Source of the DNA: a virus
Reading direction: 5' to 3' (one strand)
Virus genome (UHGV): UHGV-0253090
Length of the DNA: 30,200 bases
Within the stretch, counting starts at the first letter, position 1. Each line of letters begins with the position of its first letter. This document shows, in pieces, positions 6,540 to 16,160 of this stretch. The notes below the pieces were generated by a model. That model did not search any database, had not been told where the DNA came from, and was given only the letters and a program-made list of their open reading frames with translations. Both the position numbers and the translations under genes were made by a program.

Positions 6540-9132
6540 AAGCGGCGATTTCAATGTTGCTTTTATATTTTAAGAGGGCGTTTTTGGGAACTGCTGGCCA
6601 GGCTGAGTATCTATAATAGTTCATATAATCTTTCTCTATCAGTGTTTTTAGCTGTTTGTTAGCTTGAACTTCATCACCAAGTAAAAAGAATGCACACATG
6701 GCCGTAGCCCCTTTTGAATTGTTATGTGCTAAAACTGAATTTATCTCATTCTTTTTAATGTCTTGCCCTTCTTTTTTCTTGGCAACTTCTCTATTGATTA
6801 TTAAAACATCTTTTTCCCTGTAATCTTTAATTTTTTCAAGGTTTTCATTAGCGATTTTAATTGTTTCTTTATAGTTTCCTGCAAGAAGATTGGTATAAGA
6901 TTTTCCTAAGATATAATCACTAAACCCGTAACCTTTTTCATAAGCTTCATCAAGAAGAACTATCGCTTTATCATAATCGCCGTTTAAAGATGCAATATCA
7001 GATTTTAATTTTAAAATGGTGATTTCTGATTTGTTTCTTGGCAGGCTATCAATAAACTCCTCTGCCAATTTGATGTTGTTTTTATCAATTAGTAATATGT
7101 CTACAATACTGTTTGTATGATTATTTTTCCACGGGCAGTTCATGGCTTCTTTGACTAATTCAATACCAGCTTTGATGTCCCTGTTGCAGCCTATCTCATA
7201 TCGAGCTTTAAATATAATGAAAGGAGCAATTCTTGCAATGTCGCTCTCTTCTTCATATTTATCAATAAAGCCTTTCATCAGGTTGGGAGTGTTTTCATCG
7301 AAGTCTGTTTCAAATAAAGATAGATGCAGTTGTGTTAAATATTTTAATATGTTTCTTTTTTTATTTTTTGATGATGTTTTGTAAGCGTTGGATAATGTAT
7401 CTATGCATAATAATGTATCTTCTTTCTTTTGCAATGTGCAGGTGAAATCAGTATATAACGACAAATATGTATCGTGAGTAGGGTTGACCTCTTTTATTTT
7501 GTCAAGCAGTTCTTGTATTAATTTATTACAATCTTTCTTATCATGGCTTGATTGATGTTTTGTCTTTATTGCGTCATATTTTATTCTCCATGCAAAATTA
7601 TCCAGATCACTGCTTTGGAGTAAGCTTTTATCAATTAAATCATGTATTTCATCAAAGGTTATTAATTCTTCATCATTATTTTCTAGATGTAGAATAGCAA
7701 TTCTGCTTAAATGATTCTTAAGATTTATGCTATATGGGAATTTTTCAAGCAATCCCTTAAGGTAATGTATTTTTGCCTTTAGATCTGTGAATATGTTTGC
7801 CCTTGAAAGGGCGTAATTTATATTAAATTCATCAAGAGCTATAAGATTATCACTAATTTCTAATGCTGACTTTGTGTCTTTTTGTTCTTCTTTTATTTCA
7901 ATTAGCCTACGCAGATATTTAGACTTTATATTGTCACTATCAGCGTTATTGATTAATTCATTCAGTTTTGACTCTGCGTTTAAATAATTTTTATTTCTAA
8001 TGAGGTTGTCAATGTATAACAAATTCTTAAAATCTTCTTCGGGGATCTTTTGATCGTCTAAATCACTTTGGGATAGCTCGTTTATTAATGACGATATGTC
8101 ATGTGTTAGAGTGTGTTTTTTTAATTTTGAGAGGTCAGATTTGATAATGCCATTTTTAGATAAGTTGTACTCATCTGTTATAAAGTTTTGGATCATCATC
8201 TCTCTTTTTGTGGATTTTTGATTCCCTCCAAAAGAGAGTGCGCAGCCTAATTCTAGGGCTAGTTCTGCCATCAATTCATCAAAACCTTCTATTTCTACCC
8301 AATAAACTTTATCTTGACCTAGAAGCCTAATAAGTTCTGGTGGGATGGAGTCATTTTTTCTAACGCACCAGTATACTCCATTTCTTAGGTAATCGTCCTG
8401 TTTTAATAAATGTTTTAAAACATCCATGATAGAGCTGTCATTGCCAGCATAACCAACAAAAATAATCCCGTATTCTTTAGTGAATTCAGTTAGTTTTTCA
8501 CGAGTGTTACCTTCTAATGACTCGGTTTCTTTTAAAGAGCTTTTTATGCTATCAAATAAATAATCACCATGTAATTTTATTATTTTTGGCCTTGAAGAAG
8601 TAATTGAGACGCCTTTAATTGATGAATCATGTGCACATAATAATGGTCTGTCAGAAGAAAATTGATAAAATGCTTCATTTATTAAATCGTCAAAATTTGT
8701 TGTGAAGACAGTATCAAAAAACTTTGATTCAAATAGTTCAACGAGATAAGCATATCCAATTGAAGGTAATTTTTTGTCTACTTGAAGCTCAACAAATCTT
8801 CTGCGTTGAGATGGAAGATCAAATTTCTTTTCAAAAAGAGATGAGTATTCATTGTTTGGGTCGTACCAGACTGGATGGTTTTTGGATAGCCATTTTTTAG
8901 CTTCTTCGGCATCGACATATTCTTGATTGGATAGTCTTGTGTATATCTCTTCTCTCCATTTCGCTACTAACTCTTGACCAGTTTTTATTCCAGATGTAAC
9001 GGATGCGCCAGCACCAAGAAAAAGTGAATAGTTAGGTGATGTACCTGATTTGATTTTTATATAATCAGCTAAATCTTTAACGGTTCTTTTTTTGGCAACC
9101 AGTTGTTCCTTGGTAGTATCACGATCAGACAT
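6538..9132 (-). CDS. SIR2-domain protein (predicted NAD+ hydrolase) with long alpha-helical, TPR-like C-terminal region; candidate single-gene anti-phage defence protein
   Basis: 864 aa. N-terminal about 300 aa carry SIR2_2-type motifs LFLGAGASVTSG (Rossmann GAGxS), TTNFDDL (catalytic N) and KLHGD (catalytic H), then IFVGYAGND. The remainder is K/N/D/E/L-rich helical repeat sequence with no Walker A motif. Strong GGAGGG SD. Markedly AT-rich compared with flanking phage genes. Sits in the P2 tin/old slot between A and cos. Confidence 0.8.
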   Translation of the reverse strand: MSDRDTTKEQLVAKKRTVKDLADYIKIKSGTSPNYSLFLGAGASVTSGIKTGQELVAKWREEIYTRLSNQEYVDAEEAKKWLSKNHPVWYDPNNEYSSLFEKKFDLPSQRRRFVELQVDKKLPSIGYAYLVELFESKFFDTVFTTNFDDLINEAFYQFSSDRPLLCAHDSSIKGVSITSSRPKIIKLHGDYLFDSIKSSLKETESLEGNTREKLTEFTKEYGIIFVGYAGNDSSIMDVLKHLLKQDDYLRNGVYWCVRKNDSIPPELIRLLGQDKVYWVEIEGFDELMAELALELGCALSFGGNQKSTKREMMIQNFITDEYNLSKNGIIKSDLSKLKKHTLTHDISSLINELSQSDLDDQKIPEEDFKNLLYIDNLIRNKNYLNAESKLNELINNADSDNIKSKYLRRLIEIKEEQKDTKSALEISDNLIALDEFNINYALSRANIFTDLKAKIHYLKGLLEKFPYSINLKNHLSRIAILHLENNDEELITFDEIHDLIDKSLLQSSDLDNFAWRIKYDAIKTKHQSSHDKKDCNKLIQELLDKIKEVNPTHDTYLSLYTDFTCTLQKKEDTLLCIDTLSNAYKTSSKNKKRNILKYLTQLHLSLFETDFDENTPNLMKGFIDKYEEESDIARIAPFIIFKARYEIGCNRDIKAGIELVKEAMNCPWKNNHTNSIVDILLIDKNNIKLAEEFIDSLPRNKSEITILKLKSDIASLNGDYDKAIVLLDEAYEKGYGFSDYILGKSYTNLLAGNYKETIKIANENLEKIKDYREKDVLIINREVAKKKEGQDIKKNEINSVLAHNNSKGATAMCAFFLLGDEVQANKQLKTLIEKDYMNYYRYSAWPAVPKNALLKYKSNIEIAA

Positions 9133-9444
9133 TTTCCCTCCATAAATTATGTGTGAGAAGTGAGAATAATCCTAGGTGTGGTTATTTTTACATGAAATTC
9201 AATGGGTTTTCGTTTTTCTTACATGCGTTTTGTGACTGAGATCAAGCTATGAGGGAGGAATGTTCTTTTATTGTTCGCTAGAGGCTAATTGGCTAATAAG
9301 CTTTTACTAATCGTTTATGATGTACCATAGCGTTGAATGATTTTGCATGCATTTGTCAGATGTTTACTGATGTTGTTATGTCAGAGCTGGTGCGCTTTAG
9401 GTTATTTCATGCAACTGCATTAAAACCACCACATGAAGCGGGCG

Positions 9445-9463
9445 GGCGAGGCGGGGAAAGCAC
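9445..9463. other. cos site (19-nt cohesive end region, P2-type)
   Basis: GGCGAGGCGGGGAAAGCAC matches my recall of the P2 cohesive end, and lies where cos is expected, next to the portal gene Q. Confidence 0.6.
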
Positions 9464-9605
9464 TGCGCGCTGGCGGTGGTGCTGATTTTATTTTTTCAGC
9501 GTCTGAGCGCGTCGTGATGGCGTTTAGATTGTTCGCCGGGGCGTTTGTGTGTCTGCGGGATGTTTTGTGCGGTGGTGAGCGTGTGAGGGCGTGATGGCGG
9601 GTTGT

Positions 9606-9626
9606 AAAAAGCCGCCCGTAGGCGGC
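9606..9626 (-). terminator. Rho-independent terminator downstream of Q
   Basis: Stem GCCGCC (9611-9616) / GGCGGC (9621-9626) with loop CGTA. On the minus-strand transcript it is followed by UUUUU (plus-strand aaaaa 9606-9610), a few nt after the Q stop. Confidence 0.6.
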
Positions 9627-9631
9627 GATGT

Positions 9632-10666
9632 TCAGCCGTTGTCAGTGTCCAGTGAGTAGTTTTTAAAGCGGATGACCTCCTGACCGAGCCAGCCGTTTAT
9701 CTCGCGGATCCTGTCCTGTAGCGGGATAAGCTCATTGCGGACAAAGACCTTTGCCACTTTCTCAATATCACCCAGCGACCCGACGTTCTCCGGCTTGCCG
9801 CCCATCAACTGAAAGGGGATGCGGTGCGCGTCCAGCAGGTCAGCGGCGCTGGCTTTTTTGATATTAAAAAAATCGTCCTTCGTTGCGACCTCACTGAGCG
9901 GGATAATTTTAATGCCGTCGGCTTTCCCATGTGGGGCATAGAGGAACAGATTTTTAAAGTTGTTGCGGCCTTTCGACTTAACCATGTTTTCGCGAAGCAT
10001 TTCGATATCGTTGCGATCCTGCACGGCATCGGTGACGTACATGATGTATCCGGCATGAGCGCCGTTTTCGTAATACTTGCGGCGGAACAGCGTGGCCGAC
10101 TCATTCAGCCAGGCAGAGTTAAGGGCGCTGAGATATTCCGGCAGGCCGTACAGCTCCTGATTAATATCCGGCTCCAGCAGGTGAAACACGGAGCCGGGAG
10201 CGAAGGCTGTCGGCTCGTTGAAGGACGGCACCCACCAGTAAACATCCTCCTCCACGCCACGGCGGGTATATTTTGCCGGTGAGGTTTCCAGTCTGATGAC
10301 CTTACCGGTGGTGCTGTAACGCTTTTCCAGAAACGCATTACCGAACACCAGAAAATCCAGCACAAAGCGGCTGAAATCCTGCTGGGAAAGCCACGGGTGC
10401 GGGATAAATGTCGAGGCCAGAATATTGCGTTTGACGTAAATCGGCGAGCTGTGATGCACGGCAGCACGCAGGCTTTTCGCCAGACCGGTAAAGCTGACCG
10501 GCGGCTCATACCATCTGCCGTTACTGATGCACTCGACGTAATCCAGAATGTCACGGCGGTCGAGTACCGGCACCGGCTCACCAAAGGTGAATGCCTCCAT
10601 TTTCGGGGCGCTGGCGGTCATTTTTTTTGCCGCAGGTTGCGGTGTTTTCCCTTTTTTCTTGCTCAT
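9632..10666 (-). CDS. Q: Portal protein (P2 gpQ-like)
   Basis: 344 aa, same length as P2 gpQ. Adjacent to cos and divergent from the O operon. ATGA overlap with P. Confidence 0.9.
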   Translation of the reverse strand: MSKKKGKTPQPAAKKMTASAPKMEAFTFGEPVPVLDRRDILDYVECISNGRWYEPPVSFTGLAKSLRAAVHHSSPIYVKRNILASTFIPHPWLSQQDFSRFVLDFLVFGNAFLEKRYSTTGKVIRLETSPAKYTRRGVEEDVYWWVPSFNEPTAFAPGSVFHLLEPDINQELYGLPEYLSALNSAWLNESATLFRRKYYENGAHAGYIMYVTDAVQDRNDIEMLRENMVKSKGRNNFKNLFLYAPHGKADGIKIIPLSEVATKDDFFNIKKASAADLLDAHRIPFQLMGGKPENVGSLGDIEKVAKVFVRNELIPLQDRIREINGWLGQEVIRFKNYSLDTDNG

Positions 10667-12438
10667 CAGTAAAACTCCAGAATGGTGGATGTCAGCGGGG
10701 TGCTGATACCGGCGGTGAGTGGCTCATTTAACAGGGCGTGCATGGTCGCCCAGGCGAGGTCGGCGTGGCTGGCTTCCTCGCTGCGGCTGGCCTCATAGGT
10801 GGCGCTGCGTCCGCTGCTGGTCATGGTCTTGCGGATAGCCATAAACGAGCTGGTGATGTCGGTGGCGCTGACGTCATATTCCAGACAGCCACGGCGGATA
10901 ACGTCTTTTGCCTTGAGCACCATTGCAGTTTTCATTTCCGGCGTGTAGCGGATATCGCGCGCGGCGGGATAGAACGAGCGCACGAGCTGGAACACGCCGA
11001 CACCGAGGCCGGTGGCATCAATACCGATGTATTCGACGTTATATTTTTCGGTGAGTTTGCGGATGGATTCAGCCTGGGTGGCAAAGTCCATGCCTTTCCA
11101 CTGGTGACGCTCAAGTATTCTGAATTTGCCACCGGCCACCACCGGCGGTGCCAGCACCACGCATCCGGCGCTGTCGCCACGGTGTGACGGGTCGTAACCA
11201 ATCCATACCGGGCGGGAGCCGAACGGATTCGCGGCAAACGGCGCATAGTCTTCCCATTCTTCCAGCGTGTCGACCATGCAGCGTTGCAGCTCCTCGAACG
11301 GGAACACCGACGCCTTGTCGTCAACAAATTCACACATGAACAGGTTTTTAAAATCGTCGGCGCTGTTTTCACGTTTGAGCTGCTCAATGTCGAACAGCGT
11401 GCAGCCGCCTTTCAGGGCATCCTCAATGGTGACAATCTGCCGCCACTGGCCGTCCGCACAGAGAAGCCCACCGGCAAGGGCGTTATGACTGACGTCGATT
11501 TCCACACGTTCGGCGGCGCTGGCGCGTCCCCGGTTAAACAGTTCACCGGACCAGAACGGGTAGGCGTCGTGCGCCAGCGTGGACGGGGTGGAGAAATAGG
11601 TCGAGCGCAGGTGACTCTGTGAGGCCATACCTGATGCCACCTTACGGAGCACCTGAAAATTCGGGATCCAGAAAATCTCGTCGACGTACAGGTCGCCGTT
11701 ATGGCTCTGCGCGGTGTTGGAGTTGGTGCCGAGAAAAATCAGTTTTGCGCCGTTATTGCCGAGGACAATTGGGTCACCGGTCAGGTCAACGTCAACCAGC
11801 CGGGCAAAGGCGATGATGTATTCGCGGAACACATACGCCTGCGTTTTACTGGCCGACAGAAAAATCTGGTTATGACCGGTTTTCAGGGCGCGCAGCAGCG
11901 CCTCGCGGGAAAAATAAAACGTCGCGCCAATCTGGCGGGATTTCAGGATATCGCGGATGCGGTGCTCAAGCCCGGCGCGATACCAGTGCAACTGATAGTC
12001 GAAAGACTGCTCAAAGAAAATCTGCTCCAGCTTTTCGATGGCTTCGTCACTGAAAAAATTCTTTTTCGGTTTGCGACGCCCGCCTTTGTTGCGGTTAGCG
12101 ACGTTCGGATTAAGGTCTGCCTCGTTGCCGGTCTGACTGTAGCGGTTGACCCGCGCCAGTCGTTCAATCTGGCGTCCCAGCAGGTCAATTTCCTTGAAGT
12201 CACCGCCGGTTTTCTGCGGTTTGATGATGAGCTGGGTCAGCCGCGCTTCCAGACTCATTTCGACACGGCTGATGGGGGCAACGCTGTCCCAGCCGTCGCG
12301 CTGTTTCCAGCTCTGCACCGTCGGGCGTTTCATCTGCAACATGGCGGCAATCTGCGGCACGGAAAATCCCTGCCAGTACAGCAGCGCCGCCTGACGACGC
12401 GGGTCGTGTAAAAGAGTGGTGTCTGTGGTGATGGTCAT
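10666..12438 (-). CDS. P: Terminase large (ATPase) subunit (P2 gpP-like)
   Basis: 590 aa from the internal ATG (MTITTDTTLL...), matching P2 gpP length. The ORF track start 10 codons upstream is probably spurious. Confidence 0.9.
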   Translation of the reverse strand: MTITTDTTLLHDPRRQAALLYWQGFSVPQIAAMLQMKRPTVQSWKQRDGWDSVAPISRVEMSLEARLTQLIIKPQKTGGDFKEIDLLGRQIERLARVNRYSQTGNEADLNPNVANRNKGGRRKPKKNFFSDEAIEKLEQIFFEQSFDYQLHWYRAGLEHRIRDILKSRQIGATFYFSREALLRALKTGHNQIFLSASKTQAYVFREYIIAFARLVDVDLTGDPIVLGNNGAKLIFLGTNSNTAQSHNGDLYVDEIFWIPNFQVLRKVASGMASQSHLRSTYFSTPSTLAHDAYPFWSGELFNRGRASAAERVEIDVSHNALAGGLLCADGQWRQIVTIEDALKGGCTLFDIEQLKRENSADDFKNLFMCEFVDDKASVFPFEELQRCMVDTLEEWEDYAPFAANPFGSRPVWIGYDPSHRGDSAGCVVLAPPVVAGGKFRILERHQWKGMDFATQAESIRKLTEKYNVEYIGIDATGLGVGVFQLVRSFYPAARDIRYTPEMKTAMVLKAKDVIRRGCLEYDVSATDITSSFMAIRKTMTSSGRSATYEASRSEEASHADLAWATMHALLNEPLTAGISTPLTSTILEFY

Positions 12439-12611
12439 GAATACCTCGCCGTGATGAATACACGGCAAGGCTACTGAGTCGCGCCCTGCGATTCGCTAAT
12501 GTGCTGTTGTGTCAGTGATAAGCCATCCGGGACTGATGGCGGAGGATGCGCATCGTCGGGAAACTGATGCCGACATGTGACTCCTCTAATCACTATTCAG
12601 GACTCCTGACA
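12439..12611. promoter_or_regulatory. Divergent late promoter region (expected Ogr-dependent promoters for P-Q and O-N-M-L operons)
   Basis: Position between divergently transcribed P and O, as in P2. No promoter motif could be confidently identified by eye. Confidence 0.35.
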
Positions 12612-13466
12612 ATGGCAAAAAAAGTCTCAAAATTCTTTCGTATCGGCGTTGAGGGTGACACCTGTGACGGGCGTGTCATCAGTGCGCAGGATATTCAGGA
12701 AATGGCGGAAACCTTTGACCCGCGAGTCTATGGTTGCCGCATTAACCTGGAACATCTGCGCGGCATCCTGCCTGACGGTATTTTTAAGCGTTATGGCGAT
12801 GTGGCCGAACTGAAGGCCGAAAAGATTGACGATGATTCGGCGCTGAAAGGCAAATGGGCGCTGTTTGCGAAAATCACCCCGACCGATGACCTTATCGCGA
12901 TGAACAAGGCCGCGCAGAAGGTCTATACCTCAATGGAAATTCAGCCGAACTTTGCCAATACCGGCAAATGTTATCTGGTGGGTCTGGCCGTCACCGATGA
13001 CCCGGCAAGCCTCGGCACGGAATACCTGGAATTCTGCCGCACGGCAAAACACAACCCCCTGAACCGCTTCAAATTAAGCCCTGAAAACCTGATTTCAGTG
13101 GCAACGCCCGTTGAGCTGGAATTTGAAGACCTGCCTGAAACCGTGTTCACCGCTCTGACCGAAAAGGTGAAATCCATTTTTGGCCGCAAACAGGCCAGCG
13201 ATGACGCCCGTCTGAATGACGTGCATGAAGCGGTGACCGCTGTCGCTGAACATGTGCAGGAAAAACTGAGCGCCACTGAGCAGCGCCTCGCTGAGATGGA
13301 AACTGCCTTTTCCGCTCTTAAGCAGGAGGTGACTGACAGGGCGGATGAAACCAGTCAGGCATTCAGCCGCCTGAAAAACAGTCTCGACAACACCGAAAGT
13401 CTGACCCAGCAGCGCCGCAGCAAGGCCACCGGCGGTGGCGGTGACGCCCTGATGACGAACTGCTGA
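12612..13466 (+). CDS. O: Capsid scaffolding protein (P2 gpO-like)
   Basis: 284 aa from MAKKVSKFFRIGVEGDT (P2 gpO is 284 aa). AGGA SD. The ORF track start at 12546 is an upstream alternative. Confidence 0.9.
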   Translation: MAKKVSKFFRIGVEGDTCDGRVISAQDIQEMAETFDPRVYGCRINLEHLRGILPDGIFKRYGDVAELKAEKIDDDSALKGKWALFAKITPTDDLIAMNKAAQKVYTSMEIQPNFANTGKCYLVGLAVTDDPASLGTEYLEFCRTAKHNPLNRFKLSPENLISVATPVELEFEDLPETVFTALTEKVKSIFGRKQASDDARLNDVHEAVTAVAEHVQEKLSATEQRLAEMETAFSALKQEVTDRADETSQAFSRLKNSLDNTESLTQQRRSKATGGGGDALMTNC

Positions 13467-13524
13467 CCGGCGTCAGCCAGTCCGGGAAAACCTTCACGAT
13501 TAACCCTTAATTTCAGGAAAAACT

Positions 13525-14598
13525 ATGCGCCAGGAAACCCGCTTTAAATTTAATGCCTACCTGTCCCGTGTTGCCGAACTGAACGGCATCGACGCCGGTG
13601 ATGTGTCGAAAAAATTCACCGTTGAACCGTCGGTCACCCAGACCCTGATGAACACCATGCAGGAGTCCTCTGACTTTCTGACCCGCATCAACATTGTGCC
13701 GGTCAGCGAAATGAAAGGGGAAAAAATTGGTATTGGTGTCACCGGCTCCATCGCCAGCACCACCGACACCGCCGGTGGCACCGAGCGTCAGCCGAAGGAC
13801 TTCTCGAAGCTGGCGTCAAACAAGTACGAATGCGACCAGATTAACTTCGATTTTTATATCCGCTACAAAACGCTGGACCTGTGGGCGCGTTATCAGGATT
13901 TCCAGCTCCGTGTCCGTAACGCCATTATCAAACGCCAGTCCCTTGATTTAATCATGGCCGGTTTTAACGGCGTGAGGCGTGCCGAAACCTCTGACCGCAG
14001 CAGTAACCCGATGCTGCAGGATGTGGCGGTCGGCTGGCTGCAGAAATACCGCAATGAAGCCCCGGCGCGCGTGATGAGCAAGGTTACTGACGAGGAAGGT
14101 CACACGACCTCTGAGGTCATCCGCGTGGGTAAGGGCGGTGATTATGCCAGCCTCGATGCACTGGTGATGGATGCGACCAACAACCTGATTGAACCGTGGT
14201 ATCAGGAAGACCCGGACCTTGTGGTGATTGTGGGACGTCAGCTACTGGCGGACAAGTATTTCCCCATCGTTAACAAGGAGCAGGATAACAGCGAAATGCT
14301 GGCCGCTGACGTCATCATCAGCCAGAAACGCATCGGTAACCTGCCGGCGGTACGCGTCCCGTACTTCCCGGCGGATGCGATGCTCATCACGAAGCTGGAA
14401 AACCTGTCCATCTACTACATGGATGACAGCCATCGCCGCGTGATTGAGGAAAACCCGAAACTCGACCGCGTGGAGAACTACGAGTCAATGAACATTGATT
14501 ACGTGGTGGAAGACTACGCCGCCGGTTGTCTGGTGGAAAAAATTAAGGTCGGTGATTTCTCCACACCGGCTAAAGCGACCGCAGAGCCGGGAGCGTAA
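13525..14598 (+). CDS. N: Major capsid protein (P2 gpN-like)
   Basis: 357 aa, same length as P2 gpN. Position after O. Confidence 0.9.
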   Translation: MRQETRFKFNAYLSRVAELNGIDAGDVSKKFTVEPSVTQTLMNTMQESSDFLTRINIVPVSEMKGEKIGIGVTGSIASTTDTAGGTERQPKDFSKLASNKYECDQINFDFYIRYKTLDLWARYQDFQLRVRNAIIKRQSLDLIMAGFNGVRRAETSDRSSNPMLQDVAVGWLQKYRNEAPARVMSKVTDEEGHTTSEVIRVGKGGDYASLDALVMDATNNLIEPWYQEDPDLVVIVGRQLLADKYFPIVNKEQDNSEMLAADVIISQKRIGNLPAVRVPYFPADAMLITKLENLSIYYMDDSHRRVIEENPKLDRVENYESMNIDYVVEDYAAGCLVEKIKVGDFSTPAKATAEPGA

Positions 14599-14601
14599 CC
14601 G

Positions 14602-15345
14602 ATGACGAGTCCCGCACAGCGCCACATGATGCGGGTCTCGGCAGCGATGACCGCGCAGCGGGAAGCCGCCCCGCTGCGACATGCAACTGTCTATGAGCAG
14701 ATGCTGGTCAAGCTGGCCGCAGACCAGCGCACACTGAAAGCGATTTATTCAAAAGAGCTGAAGGCCGCGAAAAAACGCGAACTGCTGCCGTTCTGGTTGC
14801 CGTGGGTGAACGGCGTGCTGGAGCAGGGCAAAGGTGCACAGGATGACATTCTGATGACGGTCATGCTGTGGCGTCTGGATACCGGCGATATTGCCGGTGC
14901 GCTGGAGATTGCCCGTTATGCCCTGAAGTACGGTCTGACCATGCCGGGTAAACACCGCCGCACCCCGCCGTACATGTTCACCGAGGAGGTGGCGCTCGCG
15001 GCCATGCGTGCTCACGCTGCCGGTGAGTCTGTGGATACCCGCCTGCTGACGGAGACCCTTGAACTGACCGCCACGGCTGACATGCCTGATGAAGTGCGCG
15101 CAAAGCTGCACAAAATCACCGGTCTGTTTCTGCGTGACGGTGGTGATGCCGCCGGTGCGCTGGCTCACCTGCAACGTGCGACACAGCTCGACTGTCAGGC
15201 AGGCGTCAAAAAAGAGATTGAACGACTGGAGCGGGAGCTGAAACCGAAGCCGGAGCCGCAGCCCAAAGCGGCCACCCGTACCCCGCGTAAGACCCGGAGC
15301 GTGACACCGGCAAAACGTGGACGCCCGAAAAAGAAAGCCAGTTAA
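14602..15345 (+). CDS. M: Terminase small / endonuclease subunit (P2 gpM-like)
   Basis: 247 aa, same length as P2 gpM. Basic C-terminal tail. Confidence 0.88.
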   Translation: MTSPAQRHMMRVSAAMTAQREAAPLRHATVYEQMLVKLAADQRTLKAIYSKELKAAKKRELLPFWLPWVNGVLEQGKGAQDDILMTVMLWRLDTGDIAGALEIARYALKYGLTMPGKHRRTPPYMFTEEVALAAMRAHAAGESVDTRLLTETLELTATADMPDEVRAKLHKITGLFLRDGGDAAGALAHLQRATQLDCQAGVKKEIERLERELKPKPEPQPKAATRTPRKTRSVTPAKRGRPKKKAS

Positions 15346-15444
15346 CAACCGAATGCGCCCCGCGCCAGGGCGGCACGCCGGTCAGTGAGGGTGAATCACC
15401 TGACGCTGTACCGGCGTCCACCGCCCGACTTTTCAGAGGTAGTC

Positions 15445-15954
15445 ATGATGACGCTGATTATTCCGCGAAAGGAGGCTCCCGTGTCCGGTGAGGGTACGGT
15501 GGTCATCCCGCAACCGGCAGGCGACGAGCCGGTGATTAAAAACACGTTCTTTTTTCCCGATATCGACCCGAAGCGCGTCCGGGAACGTATGCGCCTTGAG
15601 CAGACCGTCGCCCCCGCCCGTCTGCGTGAGGCCATCAAGTCAGGCATGGCGGAGACGAATGCGGAGCTGTACGAGTACCGCGAACAGAAAATTGCCGCCG
15701 GTTTTACGCGTCTGGCGGACGTTCCGGCGGACGACATCGACGGTGAAAGCATCAAAGTTTTTTACTACGAGCGCGCCGTGTGTGCGATGGCGACCGCGTC
15801 GCTTTATGAGCGTTATCGCGGCGTGGATGCCAGTGCGAAAGGCGACAAGAAGGCTGACAGCATTGACAGCACCATTGATGAACTGTGGCGGGATATGCGC
15901 TGGGCGGTGGCGCGTATCCAGGACAAGCCGCGCTGCATCGTGAGTCAAATCTGA
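15445..15954 (+). CDS. L: Head completion / stabilization protein (P2 gpL-like)
   Basis: About 169 aa from MMTLIIPRKEAPVSGEG, with GAGG SD. The ORF track start at 15385 is an upstream extension. Confidence 0.85.
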   Translation: MMTLIIPRKEAPVSGEGTVVIPQPAGDEPVIKNTFFFPDIDPKRVRERMRLEQTVAPARLREAIKSGMAETNAELYEYREQKIAAGFTRLADVPADDIDGESIKVFYYERAVCAMATASLYERYRGVDASAKGDKKADSIDSTIDELWRDMRWAVARIQDKPRCIVSQI

Positions 15955-16157
15955 TGAAGACCTTTGCGCTACAGGGCGACACGCTCGACGCCATTTGTGT
16001 CCGGTATTACGGGCGCACTGAGGGCGTGGTCGAGGCCGTGCTCGCCGCAAATCCGGGACTGGCTGAACTGGGCGCGGTGCTGCCGCACGGCACCGCCGTC
16101 GAACTGCCCGACGTTCAGACCGCGCCCGTGGCTGAAACTGTCAATCTGTGGGAGTAA
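15954..16157 (+). CDS. X: Tail protein X (P2 gpX-like)
   Basis: 67 aa from MKTFALQGDTLDAICVRYYG. ATGA overlap with L. Confidence 0.8.
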   Translation: MKTFALQGDTLDAICVRYYGRTEGVVEAVLAANPGLAELGAVLPHGTAVELPDVQTAPVAETVNLWE

Positions 16158-16160
16158 CGC

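Noticed and set aside
7142-7384. 80-aa plus-strand ORF inside the SIR2 gene
   Set aside because: Antisense to a long, clearly coding minus-strand gene. Low-complexity product. No RBS.
10738-12463. Multiple 60-240-aa ORFs on both strands overlapping terminase gene P (for example 10738-11187, 11701-12411, 12200-12463)
   Set aside because: Typical antisense or out-of-frame ORFs in GC-rich coding DNA. The 590-aa P frame explains the region.
14749-16050. Several minus-strand ORFs (14749-15348, 15396-15755, 15640-16050) across M, L and X
   Set aside because: Arg-rich antisense shadow ORFs of GC-rich late genes. The gene order M-L-X is fully accounted for on the plus strand.
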